This document shows, piece by piece, positions 1-10,252 of a DNA stretch of 64,000 nt; positions within the stretch are counted from its first letter, which is position 1; every line of letters starts with the position of its first letter. The notes below the pieces were generated by a model that saw only the letters and a program-made list of their open reading frames with translations, was not told the DNA's origin and made no database searches. Source of the DNA: an uncultured cyanobacterium (GTDB lineage Bacteria; Cyanobacteriota; Cyanobacteriia; PCC-9006; JAAUQQ01); assembly GCA_963718615.1 (NCBI GenBank), contig OY970368.1, positions 5,216,001-5,280,000 of the forward strand, given 5' to 3'. The translations under genes and the position numbers were made by a program.

Positions 1-3000
1 CATTCAATTGGTTTCCCCAGCGAGTGGGGAGCCACGGGTACACCAGAGAAGTTACACCGGACTCTTGAGTTTCCATTCAATTGGTTTCCCCAGCGAGTGG
101 GGAGTCGTCAGAGCATCCAGCGTTAGGCCCAGCGTCAGCATCGTTTCCATTCAATTGGTTTCCCCAGCGAGTGGGGAGTATAAGTAACCAACGAAGTTTT
201 TTTGATGACCTGAGGTTTCCATTCAATTGGTTTCCCCAGCGAGTGGGGAGAATCGCTTCTCTGGCGATCCGTGTTGATGGGCTGACGCCAGTTTCCATTC
301 AATTGGTTTCCCCAGCGAGTGGGGAGCCAGTGGGAAGCGATCAGCCTGCGGCTTTGCCAATGGGCGTTTCCATTCAATTGGTTTCCCCAGCGAGTGGGGA
401 GATACTCGCCGCCTACTGGAGCAGACGAGAACGGAGACCCTCTGTTTCCATTCAATTGGTTTCCCCAGCGAGTGGGGAGATAATAAGGAACGTCTCCATA
501 TACTAGAGTCTTTATGTTTCCATTCAATTGGTTTCCCCAGCGAGTGGGGAGAAAATAACTGTTGACATTATTGCTGATATCAGCAAAGTTTCCATTCAAT
601 TGGTTTCCCCAGCGAGTGGGGAGTGTTTACGGGACAATTATTTGTAGCGTAGGGGATAAAATGTTTCCATTCAATTGGTTTCCCCAGCGAGTGGGGAGAA
701 GATTGTGGATTTAGTCTGTGTCAGGGTCGTTAGCATGGTTTCCATTCAATTGGTTTCCCCAGCGAGTGGGGAGTGACGAAGTTGACACGCCTTACTTGCC
801 TGAGGTGGCATCCGACGGGTTTCCATTCAATTGGTTTCCCCAGCGAGTGGGGAGAATGGGCTTCTGCGGGGGGTCTACGGGCATTGTAGCTAGGTTTCCA
901 TTCAATTGGTTTCCCCAGCGAGTGGGGAGGGGCAACTGCAACCACAGGCACCGAACCCGATCTGAGTGTTTCCATTCAATTGGTTTCCCCAGCGAGTGGG
1001 GAGACGTAGATATGAAGCTTAAATTCTCGAAACCTGATGTTTCCATTCAATTGGTTTCCCCAGCGAGTGGGGAGCAAAGGTATGGATCGCCCATCCATTA
1101 CCCAAGTATTTTGGTTTCCATTCAATTGGTTTCCCCAGCGAGTGGGGAGTCGTTTTTTCAAATGCTTTATTCTCGGCAGATAGATAGTTTCCATTCAATT
1201 GGTTTCCCCAGCGAGTGGGGAGTTACCCTATCGAATCTTTAGACGAGCTCGAATTTAGCGACATCGTTTCCATTCAATTGGTTTCCCCAGCGAGTGGGGA
1301 GGCTGTCGATTGATGCCCCGCCCCGCATTGCCCAAGTGGTTTCCATTCAATTGGTTTCCCCAGCGAGTGGGGAGTTACTGCTGCTGCTAATGCGGTCGTA
1401 GTGAATGCACTTGTTTCCATTCAATTGGTTTCCCCAGCGAGTGGGGAGCGATTACATTCCCGGCGATAGCTTTCTGTGTCGCTTCCTCAAGTTTCCATTC
1501 AATTGGTTTCCCCAGCGAGTGGGGAGCCTTTTGTATTGGGCCACGATGCATTTCGCCATGTAAAGTTTCCATTCAATTGGTTTCCCCAGCGAGTGGGGAG
1601 TCAATAGGTACAAATAGGGTGTTTTTTAAGCCTTGGCAAATGTTTCCATTCAATTGGTTTCCCCAGCGAGTGGGGAGGATGACAAAGCATCTTTACCGTT
1701 TAACGTCTCCCATGTTTCCATTCAATTGGTTTCCCCAGCGAGTGGGGAGTCAAAAAGGTGGGGCTTACTTTCTCCAATCTGGTGGCCCTAGTTTCCATTC
1801 AATTGGTTTCCCCAGCGAGTGGGGAGTATAGATGATAAGGATACTCCATCGTTTACTGTAGTTTCCATTCAATTGGTTTCCCCAGCGAGTGGGGAGCTGA
1901 AGGTATCCAAAAGTGGTGAGATCAGGATGATGGTTTCCATTCAATTGGTTTCCCCAGCGAGTGGGGAGAGGTTGTGTACCTAACTTTAAATCTAACAAAC
2001 TATAGTTTCCATTCAATTGGTTTCCCCAGCGAGTGGGGAGTTAATAAGGATAGACTTAAATAAATTTAAACCTATAAACGATGTTTCCATTCAATTGGTT
2101 TCCCCAGCGAGTGGGGAGAAAAGACAAGCTAAGCAAGTTGTAGAACAAGCCCTAGTTTCCATTCAATTGGTTTCCCCAGCGAGTGGGGAGCTACGTCTTT
2201 TTCAACAAAGGGTTAGGACTACCCGAAGTTTCCATTCAATTGGTTTCCCCAGCGAGTGGGGAGTCACCAGAAAAGCTAAGAATAGACAGGAAAAAAGACA
2301 AGTTTCCATTCAATTGGTTTCCCCAGCGAGTGGGGAGGGTAGTTGTATTTTTATATGGAAATGTTTTATATGTATAGTTTCCATTCAATTGGTTTCCCCA
2401 GCGAGTGGGGAGTTACAGGAACCGGTCAAGTCAACGAACGGTAAGAGTTTCCATTCAATTGGTTTCCCCAGCGAGTGGGGAGCAGCAACCGCCCCGGCCC
2501 CCGACTTCAAGTTGCCAAGTTTCCATTCAATTGGTTTCCCCAGCGAGTGGGGAGGCGACTCGTCTGGCAACTTTATAGTGTAAACACCCTGTGTTTCCAT
2601 TCAATTGGTTTCCCCAGCGAGTGGGGAGCCGTATTGAGTCTTTTCTTTCTTTCGGCAGGTTTAGTTTCCATTCAATTGGTTTCCCCAGCGAGTGGGGAGT
2701 TTGCAATCGATCTTGACCAAACCGACCCGCCGGTTTATAAAGTTTCCATTCAATTGGTTTCCCCAGCGAGTGGGGAGGCTAAACGAATCAATCAGGTTGA
2801 GAGATTTGTGCAAAGTTTCCATTCAATTGGTTTCCCCAGCGAGTGGGGAGACTGTTAGTGGCTAAGCTGCCACTAGATAATGTTACTGTTTCCATTCAAT
2901 TGGTTTCCCCAGCGAGTGGGGAGAGGATATTATCATGAGTTTAGATACCAGAATTAACGAAGCGTTTCCATTCAATTGGTTTCCCCAGCGAGTGGGGAGG

Positions 3001-3344
3001 AAAACGCGATACAAGGATGCTGATGTGGCACCTCTACGTTTCCATTCAATTGGTTTCCCCAGCGAGTGGGGAGTTGGCAGTCACGCTCTGAGCCGCTACA
3101 CCAGCGGTTTTGTTGTTTCCATTCAATTGGTTTCCCCAGCGAGTGGGGAGAAAAACTTATACTCAATAAGTAATATCTTTTTACCATCACTAGTAGTTTC
3201 CATTCAATTGGTTTCCCCAGCGAGTGGGGAGGTGGTGGCAAGATGGCCAGAGAGATCGGGTGATTGAGTTTCCATTCAATTGGTTTCCCCAGCGAGTGGG
3301 GAGTAGTAGGTTTTGTGGATGTTTCCACCCGAACGATACGAAGT
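1..3344 (-). CRISPR. CRISPR array, leader-distal segment (1 partial + 44 full 36-bp repeats; continues beyond window start)
   Basis: Repeat GTTTCCATTCAATTGGTTTCCCCAGCGAGTGGGGAG with unique spacers of about 34-45 nt. The reverse complement ends in ATGGAAAC and has a 5' TCCCCA/TGGGGA hairpin, so transcription is inferred on minus. Counted by eye. Confidence 0.98.
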
Positions 3345-3513
3345 TGTTAGACGACAATAGCATTGGCGGCTGCTCGACATTTCCTGGCGGGAGTTGTCGC
3401 GAAAGCGTGGCTTGGATCGTGAGACAGACGTGAGACTTTGACAGCTCACTGGCGTGGCGATCGACAAAAAAAGACACTCATAGGGTCCCCCTGGAAAGAA
3501 AGGACTCTAACGA

Positions 3514-5304
3514 GTGTCGAGAGTAATAATGTATCAACAGCGAGTGTACATGAATGCAAAGGAGCATGGCCTGTCGCAGCAAGATGCGGCAGCGGTGGCG
3601 GAATTTTCGGTGCGAACCGCGCAACGAATGGATGCCAACGAGTGGCAGCAGGGGAGTGGAGAGGGCACCGGGGTGCGGACCCGGCCAGATCCACTCAACG
3701 GTCTTTGGGAAGCCGAACTAGAGGCGATGCTGCGAGCTGAGCCAAGACTGAAACCGACGACGTTATTTGAGCATTTGCAGGACAAATATCCGGGTCAATA
3801 TCCGCAAGTGCTCAGGACGCTTCAGCGGCGAGTGAGAACCTGGAAAGCACTGTATGGTCCAGCTCCCGAGGTGATGTTTGAGCTGCGTCACGAGCCGGGG
3901 GTGCAAGGATTTTCCGACTTCACCGAACTCAAAGGGACGGTGGTGACGATAAATGGAAAGCCCTATGAGCACTTGATTTATCACTACCGCTTGGGCTACA
4001 GCGGCTGGTCCTACGCGGAGTTAATCGAGGGGGGTGAAAGCTTTGTCGCCCTATCCGAAGGATTGCAGAATGCCCTGTTTGCCTGCGGCGGGGCTCCAAA
4101 GCAGCATCGCACCGATAGCCTGAGTGCGGCCTATCGAAATCTGGGTGGGAAGAAGACCAAACCGCTGACGCGCTTGTATGACGACCTGTGTGAGCACTAT
4201 CGGTTGCAACCGACGCGAAACAACCGGGGAATCGCCCACGAGAACGGTTCTATTGAAGGCCCCCACGGTCATCTGAAGAACCGCATTGTCCAAGCGATGT
4301 ACCTGCGCGGCAGCACCGACTTCGCTAGCGTCAGCGACTATCAAGACCTGCTCAATGACTGTGTGGCCAAGCTCAATGCCCAGCATCAGGATAAGTATGA
4401 GCATGAGAAAGCGCATCTCCAGGCGTTGCCCAAATACCGGGCTGCGGACTACGAACTCCTCACCGCTAAGGTGAGCAGCAACAGCACGATTGATATCCGC
4501 TGCATGCTCTACAGCGTGCCGTCTCGCTTAATTGGCCGGTCCCTGGAAGTGCATCTGCACCACAACCGCCTGATGGGCTACCTCGAAGGCCATGAAGTGT
4601 TCAGGTTGAAACGGATTCGTTCTACTGACAAGGACAAGCGGCGCGCCCGCTCGGTGGACTATCACCATGTCATCGAAGGGTTGCGCAAAAAGCCCTTGGC
4701 CTTCCTCCACAGCACCTGGCGAGAGGACCTCCTGCCCAATGAGCGCTATCACCAACTCTGGAAACAGCTCCAGGCTGGCTTTGAGCTTGATTCTGCCGCC
4801 GTGCTCATGGTCGAAGCCCTCTATATTGCGGCGACCCAAAACAAGGAAGCGGCGGTCGCTGACTACCTCTTCCCAGAGATTGAGGCCAAAACCCTCACCC
4901 TCTCAAGGCTCAGACTCCATTTTCAGTTGCTCACCAAACTCGAATTCCCCACCGTGAATGTCCAACAACATGACCTCAACGACTACGATGCCCTTCTGTT
5001 CACCCACAGCAGCGTCATCCCAGATGCAGAACCAGAGCTCGTCTCAACCGGAGCTGAGCCCTTACCAAAGCCTCAGCGCTCAGCTCAAGCACCTGCGCTT
5101 ATCCCATATGCTCAACCACTGGGAGACCTTGGAGCAGCAAGCCATGCGAGAGACCTGGTCCTACGCGCAATTTCTCTTGGCCCTGTGCCAACTCGAAACA
5201 GACCGCCGCAAGGCTTTGCGCCTCCAAAGAGCCATCACCGAAGCTCAACTGCCCAACGCCAAAACGGTTTCCAATTTCGATTGGACACACCTGCCCCTGG
5301 TTAA
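3514..5304 (+). CDS. istA: IS21 transposase IstA
   Basis: N-terminal HTH, integrase-like DDE core (SDFT, HRTDSL, HENGSIEG), YSVPSRLIG motif. Confidence 0.93.
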   Translation: MSRVIMYQQRVYMNAKEHGLSQQDAAAVAEFSVRTAQRMDANEWQQGSGEGTGVRTRPDPLNGLWEAELEAMLRAEPRLKPTTLFEHLQDKYPGQYPQVLRTLQRRVRTWKALYGPAPEVMFELRHEPGVQGFSDFTELKGTVVTINGKPYEHLIYHYRLGYSGWSYAELIEGGESFVALSEGLQNALFACGGAPKQHRTDSLSAAYRNLGGKKTKPLTRLYDDLCEHYRLQPTRNNRGIAHENGSIEGPHGHLKNRIVQAMYLRGSTDFASVSDYQDLLNDCVAKLNAQHQDKYEHEKAHLQALPKYRAADYELLTAKVSSNSTIDIRCMLYSVPSRLIGRSLEVHLHHNRLMGYLEGHEVFRLKRIRSTDKDKRRARSVDYHHVIEGLRKKPLAFLHSTWREDLLPNERYHQLWKQLQAGFELDSAAVLMVEALYIAATQNKEAAVADYLFPEIEAKTLTLSRLRLHFQLLTKLEFPTVNVQQHDLNDYDALLFTHSSVIPDAEPELVSTGAEPLPKPQRSAQAPALIPYAQPLGDLGAASHARDLVLRAISLGPVPTRNRPPQGFAPPKSHHRSSTAQRQNGFQFRLDTPAPG

Positions 5305-5872
5305 CCCTCTCCCGATTCAAAAACTCGCCACTGAACCCCAGTGGATTGATGACGCCCAAAACTGTCTCTTCTTCGGACCTTCTGGGGTCGGCAAAACCCA
5401 TCTGGCCGCTGGCATCGCTCGTGCCGCCCTGGAAGCGGGCAAGCGCGTCAAATTCTTCTGTGCCACCACCCTGGTGCAGTATCTCCAAAAAGAAAAGCTT
5501 CATCTCCAGCTTCAGCCTGCCCTGAAAAAGCTCGACCGCTTTGACCTCGTGATCATTGATGACCTCGGCTATGTCCAAAAATCCGAGGCAGAAACCTCCG
5601 TTCTCTTTGAACTCATTGCCTATCGCTATGAGCGCAAAAGCATCATGGTCACTGCCAATCAGCCGTTCAGTGAGTGGAACTCCATCTTTGGTGATTCCAT
5701 GATGACCGTCGCCGCCGTTGACCGCCTCATTCACCATGCGGTCATTCTCGAAATCAAGGCGGACAGTTTTCGTAAACGCTCCGCTCACCAGCGCTCTGAG
5801 AACTTGAAGGCACTCCCGGCAAAATCCTCTGAATCTGACTCCCAAACATCGACACACCAGAAGCGATCTTAG
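4958..5872 (+). CDS. istB: IS21 helper AAA+ ATPase IstB (true start may be downstream)
   Basis: Walker A GPSGVGKT, Walker B LVIIDDLG, AAVDRLIHH motif. Confidence 0.93.
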   Translation: MSNNMTSTTTMPFCSPTAASSQMQNQSSSQPELSPYQSLSAQLKHLRLSHMLNHWETLEQQAMRETWSYAQFLLALCQLETDRRKALRLQRAITEAQLPNAKTVSNFDWTHLPLVNPLPIQKLATEPQWIDDAQNCLFFGPSGVGKTHLAAGIARAALEAGKRVKFFCATTLVQYLQKEKLHLQLQPALKKLDRFDLVIIDDLGYVQKSEAETSVLFELIAYRYERKSIMVTANQPFSEWNSIFGDSMMTVAAVDRLIHHAVILEIKADSFRKRSAHQRSENLKALPAKSSESDSQTSTHQKRS

Positions 5873-5982
5873 ATTGTCGTCTTGACCTGAGATTGCCGCT
5901 TCTCATTTCCTTTTGCCAATTCAGTGGGCTCCCCGCCTTCTAATTGTCGCGACAGGCAAATGTCTTGACACTTGATAACGAA

Positions 5983-8420
5983 GTTTCCATTCAATTGGTT
6001 TCCCCAGCGAGTGGGGAGACGTAACCCAGAGAACGGATTAACAGAGGTAGATGCAGTTTCCATTCAATTGGTTTCCCCAGCGAGTGGGGAGTCGAAGCTT
6101 TCACGATCACGGGCGGCGGCATGGACAGCGGTTTCCATTCAATTGGTTTCCCCAGCGAGTGGGGAGCCGGGGCCGTCGTCGAAACCATCCAGGAGGACGC
6201 CTACGAAGTTTCCATTCAATTGGTTTCCCCAGCGAGTGGGGAGATCATAAACTTTCAGAAGGGCCAAAAAGTCATCGTTGATTTGGTTTCCATTCAATTG
6301 GTTTCCCCAGCGAGTGGGGAGGTAAATCAAGCCATGCTCGATGAAACGATGTCGTCCGGGTTTCCATTCAATTGGTTTCCCCAGCGAGTGGGGAGAGTTC
6401 ATGCGAAACAGCCACAACGCGCAAATCATTTGTGTTTCCATTCAATTGGTTTCCCCAGCGAGTGGGGAATTGAAAGCTAAGGGGATGTTACCGAGCAATT
6501 TCGCTCGGGATGGGTTTCCATTCAATTGGTTTCCCCAGCGAGTGGGGAGTGTTGCAATGGTACCGCTGCAACATCTGCCAACCACGACCGTGTTTCCATT
6601 CAATTGGTTTCCCCAGCGAGTGGGGAGTTTAGATAATTTTGTGAGGCTGAATAATGAAAGTATTGCCGGTTTCCATTCAATTGGTTTCCCCAGCGAGTGG
6701 GGAGCAAAATTGTGGATCCGGATTCTTTTGTTACGTCGAGGTTTCCATTCAATTGGTTTCCCCAGCGAGTGGGGAGAGCTAGTTAAGTTAATGGACTCGA
6801 TGTAAACACTAATACGTTTCCATTCAATTGGTTTCCCCAGCGAGTGGGGAGCTGATGGGTGATGACCGGGCGTTCCGGGCATTAGGATTGGTTTCCATTC
6901 AATTGGTTTCCCCAGCGAGTGGGGAGAGCTCAACAGTGCCGACGATCCGAGCCCCAGGTTACGACGTTTCCATTCAATTGGTTTCCCCAGCGAGTGGGGA
7001 GCCAGGGAAATACGTAGTTAAGGTTTCAGATACCACTAATCTAGTTTCCATTCAATTGGTTTCCCCAGCGAGTGGGGAGGTGACAGGTCCTCCCGCGCGG
7101 ATAGATCACCCAGTTCCAGGTTTCCATTCAATTGGTTTCCCCAGCGAGTGGGGAGTCAGCCCGATGGATACCTTAGTCAAAGCGCTGTATAGTTTCCATT
7201 CAATTGGTTTCCCCAGCGAGTGGGGAGAAAAAGGTAGAAGAGTTACAGGCGGCGCTAGACACAAGTTTCCATTCAATTGGTTTCCCCAGCGAGTGGGGAG
7301 TTAAAAGGAATATAGTTGTCGATGAGCCCACTACGAGTTTCCATTCAATTGGTTTCCCCAGCGAGTGGGGAGTTGATGTGTCGTTATCGCGCGCTAGCGC
7401 GGAGTACGTTTCCATTCAATTGGTTTCCCCAGCGAGTGGGGAGGTTTTACGCGGAGTTTCTTTCCGATACTTTAATGCCCCAGTTTCCATTCAATTGGTT
7501 TCCCCAGCGAGTGGGGAGGAACTAGTCTGTCTACTTGAACAAGCTCTAGTTCTAGAGTTTCCATTCAATTGGTTTCCCCAGCGAGTGGGGAGTGTTCAGC
7601 TTTCTTTAGTTGTAAGGAATTAGCTACAGTACGGTTTCCATTCAATTGGTTTCCCCAGCGAGTGGGGAGAAGCATTAACAGCCGGTAACCTATCCTCCCC
7701 GGTTCGTAGGTTTCCATTCAATTGGTTTCCCCAGCGAGTGGGGAGTTTAAATGCAGCCGTGGTAATAGCGTCAGAAAACCACTCTAAAGTTTCCATTCAA
7801 TTGGTTTCCCCAGCGAGTGGGGAGACGCCCGCTGCATCCGCTAAATCGGCTGTGTTCCAGCCGTGTTTCCATTCAATTGGTTTCCCCAGCGAGTGGGGAG
7901 CATTGCTTGTTGAGCTTCTGGATCTTCGTTGTGAACGTTTCCATTCAATTGGTTTCCCCAGCGAGTGGGGAGTAGATTATTATCAGCCACAAGAGAAACT
8001 GATGTTGTTTCTAGTTTCCATTCAATTGGTTTCCCCAGCGAGTGGGGAGATTTGCCATTGCCGCATTGCAGGCTGGCATACAGGGGCAAGTTTCCATTCA
8101 ATTGGTTTCCCCAGCGAGTGGGGAGCTGGGTGTAGATTACAACACATCTAACCTTCCTGAGGAGGTGTTTCCATTCAATTGGTTTCCCCAGCGAGTGGGG
8201 AGAAAAATGGTCTTTGGGGTGTCTGGACGGTCCCAGGAGGTTTCCATTCAATTGGTTTCCCCAGCGAGTGGGGAGCCCCAAAGCTTGATCAAGTTCGCAG
8301 CTCAACAGTGCCGGTTTCCATTCAATTGGTTTCCCCAGCGAGTGGGGAGTTAGAGGAGCCCCGGAGCTGTACGGAGAAGCCCTGGTTTCCATTCAATTGG
8401 TTTCCCCAGCGAGTGGGGAG
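5983..8420 (-). CRISPR. CRISPR array, leader-proximal segment (33 repeats, 32 spacers)
   Basis: Same 36-bp repeat from 5983 to 8420; one variant repeat at 6434-6469 ends in A instead of G. Confidence 0.98.
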
Positions 8421-8602
8421 CCCCCCCATTCTAGCCCCCTCTAGGCAAGGATTTCAAGCCCCCAGCGCGAGCCTCAAGCCGCCCAGAGCCAAAAGCCCCC
8501 CGCCCAAGCCCACAAAAAAGCCCAAAACCCTCACCCAGCATACCATCGAGCCTCCCAACGCAAAAACAACATCCCAGCCCCCTCCCCCCCAGCCTCGCAC
8601 CC
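8421..8602 (-). promoter_or_regulatory. CRISPR leader
   Basis: Non-coding segment between the cas2 stop and the first repeat, upstream of the array in the inferred orientation. Confidence 0.8.
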
Positions 8603-8881
8603 TCAAATCACAATCGACCCCGACGGCGAACTCAACGGCACCCCACCCCAAATCTCCACCTGATCCCGCGTATGACTCGACATCGGATAAAACCGCACCG
8701 AATCCTCCGGCAACTTCACATATCGCCCCAACTTTCGCTTCAATTCCTGATACTTTTTAGCCTCCAAACAACACTCAAAAACACTAAACTGCACCCGCCT
8801 GCCATAGCCCTCCAAAACATCAGCAACCTTCTTCCGACGACGATTACAAGAAACATCATAAACCACCACATACAACAACAT
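8603..8881 (-). CDS. cas2: CRISPR-associated Cas2
   Basis: YVVVYDVS...RRRKKVA...GRRVQFSVFEC...DSVRFYP. Confidence 0.97.
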   Translation of the reverse strand: MLLYVVVYDVSCNRRRKKVADVLEGYGRRVQFSVFECCLEAKKYQELKRKLGRYVKLPEDSVRFYPMSSHTRDQVEIWGGVPLSSPSGSIVI

Positions 8882-8893
8882 CAGTCCCACCCC

Positions 8894-9886
8894 CTAACGA
8901 ATTTGATAAGAGCGATAACTGCGGTGGTGATTCACCACACAATCCCGAAACACCTTCACCTGCTCATTCAACACCCCCCAACGCACCGACCTCACCCCCG
9001 GACTCACCTCAATCTCCTCCTCCATCCGCCGCACAAATGCCTGTAAATACTTACGCCGCCCCGACCCATTTAAGTAACATCCCCCCTCCGCCGACACCGT
9101 AAAATCATCCACCGCATCCATCATTCCGCGATTAATCAAATACAAAACCAACGAATCCACCACCGGAGCCCGAAACCCCTCCAACAAATCCGACGCCAAC
9201 GCCGCATGGCGCTCCGTCCCCTGATGCAAACAAGCCTCATAGGGATCCAAGCCCTGCATCTCAATCAAACACAGCAAATGGTTCCAGAGAATCTGATAGC
9301 CAAAACTCAGCATCGCATTCACCGGATTGCGCGGCGGACGCTTCGATCGCTCTCCAAAGACAAAATCCGGATGATCAAGACAAACATCCAACACCCCAAA
9401 ATAGGCCGAAGCCCCCGCCCCCTCATAGCCCATCAGCTCCGGAATCGACCTCGCCCGCAGCGCCTGATTACAAGCCATCTCCAACCGACTAATCGCCTCC
9501 ACCAACGCCTCCTGAGGCCGTCGTCGATGCTGCCGCTGCAAAACCGTCCGACTATTGCGCAACTTCGCAAACACCAACCGCTGAGCAATCTGCAACCGCC
9601 GTTCCGGGCTCAGCTCCCGCTGCAACCGCGCCAACTGCCGATAGCCCCGCGCCAGCGGCAACACCCGCCCATAGCAGCGCCCCGCCGACGAGAGATAGGC
9701 GATCGGCACATCCCGCTCCAAACAAGCACAAATCAACTGCGTCGTCAGCTGCGATTTCCCCAAAACCACAATTTGCTCAATCGACGGCAACGGAATCCGC
9801 TGGGCCTCATCGCCCTGCTTCAGCACCATCTGCTCCTGCTGAAGCGACAGATAGCAGCCATGCTGGGTAATATAGATAGTTTTCAT
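8894..9886 (-). CDS. cas1: CRISPR-associated integrase Cas1 (no RT or Cas4 fusion)
   Basis: LMGYEGAG, RSKRPPRNPVNAMLSFGY, LH, ALASDLLEGFRAPVVD; ATG at 9886 chosen as start. Confidence 0.97.
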   Translation of the reverse strand: MKTIYITQHGCYLSLQQEQMVLKQGDEAQRIPLPSIEQIVVLGKSQLTTQLICACLERDVPIAYLSSAGRCYGRVLPLARGYRQLARLQRELSPERRLQIAQRLVFAKLRNSRTVLQRQHRRRPQEALVEAISRLEMACNQALRARSIPELMGYEGAGASAYFGVLDVCLDHPDFVFGERSKRPPRNPVNAMLSFGYQILWNHLLCLIEMQGLDPYEACLHQGTERHAALASDLLEGFRAPVVDSLVLYLINRGMMDAVDDFTVSAEGGCYLNGSGRRKYLQAFVRRMEEEIEVSPGVRSVRWGVLNEQVKVFRDCVVNHHRSYRSYQIR

Positions 9887-9932
9887 AAACCTTAGACTGA
9901 GAGATCTTACCTTTCTCAATCAAGGCCAAAGC

Positions 9933-10196
9933 TCAAAAATCGGGAAAGGAAAATACTGACTTTTTGGAGCAATAGAACAGATTTTCTTCGACGCAATTGC
10001 AGACCGTAAAGCCGTGAAGGTATTGAGACAACAAGTGCTCCCTGAGCCAACGGTGAAACTGACGGAATAGAGTTGTATCATCCATTTCCCCCCGGTTGTA
10101 GATCACACGGATGGGGCGATCGCTCAATACAGCCAGCAGGGCCTCATAGCCTTCCCAGCTCGTATCATAGAGCATCAGTCGCTCCGTCTCTGGCAT
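9933..10196 (-). pseudogene. Internally deleted Uma2/DUF820-family endonuclease remnant
   Basis: N-terminus SWEGYEALL...RVIYNRGE resembles the Uma2 start and joins directly to a C-terminal-like DDTTLFRQFHRWLRE; nuclease core absent. Confidence 0.65.
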
Positions 10197-10252
10197 TCAG
10201 TACCGTTTTACCTGAGGACTGAGGAGTATGGTTGGATAATTTTATGAGTAGG

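Larger units (their letters stand above)
3345..5977 (+). mobile_element. IS21-family insertion sequence, copy 1 (2633 bp)
   Basis: istA+istB; ends TGTTAGACGACAA...TTGACACTTGATA defined by identity with copy 2; 7-bp target duplication ACGAAGT at 3338-3344 and 5978-5984. Confidence 0.96.

Noticed and set aside
3321-3327. GTTTCCA inside the spacer before the IS, suggesting a truncated repeat
   Set aside because: The target duplication shows the full 39-nt spacer is intact; a 7-nt match is chance level
5099-5857. 252-aa ORF antisense to istB (also 32502-33260)
   Set aside because: Shadow frame with no recognisable motifs
1-8420. Self-targeting or duplicated spacers
   Set aside because: None seen by eye within the window; a whole-genome search is still needed
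77-8760. Many 60-190 aa ORFs over the array and leader
   Set aside because: Translations of repeats and spacers (recurring VSIQLVSPASGE, FPFNWFPQRVG), not genes
8894-9919. RT-Cas1 explaining same-strand spacers
   Set aside because: Cas1 is about 330 aa with no RT domain and no RT gene is nearby
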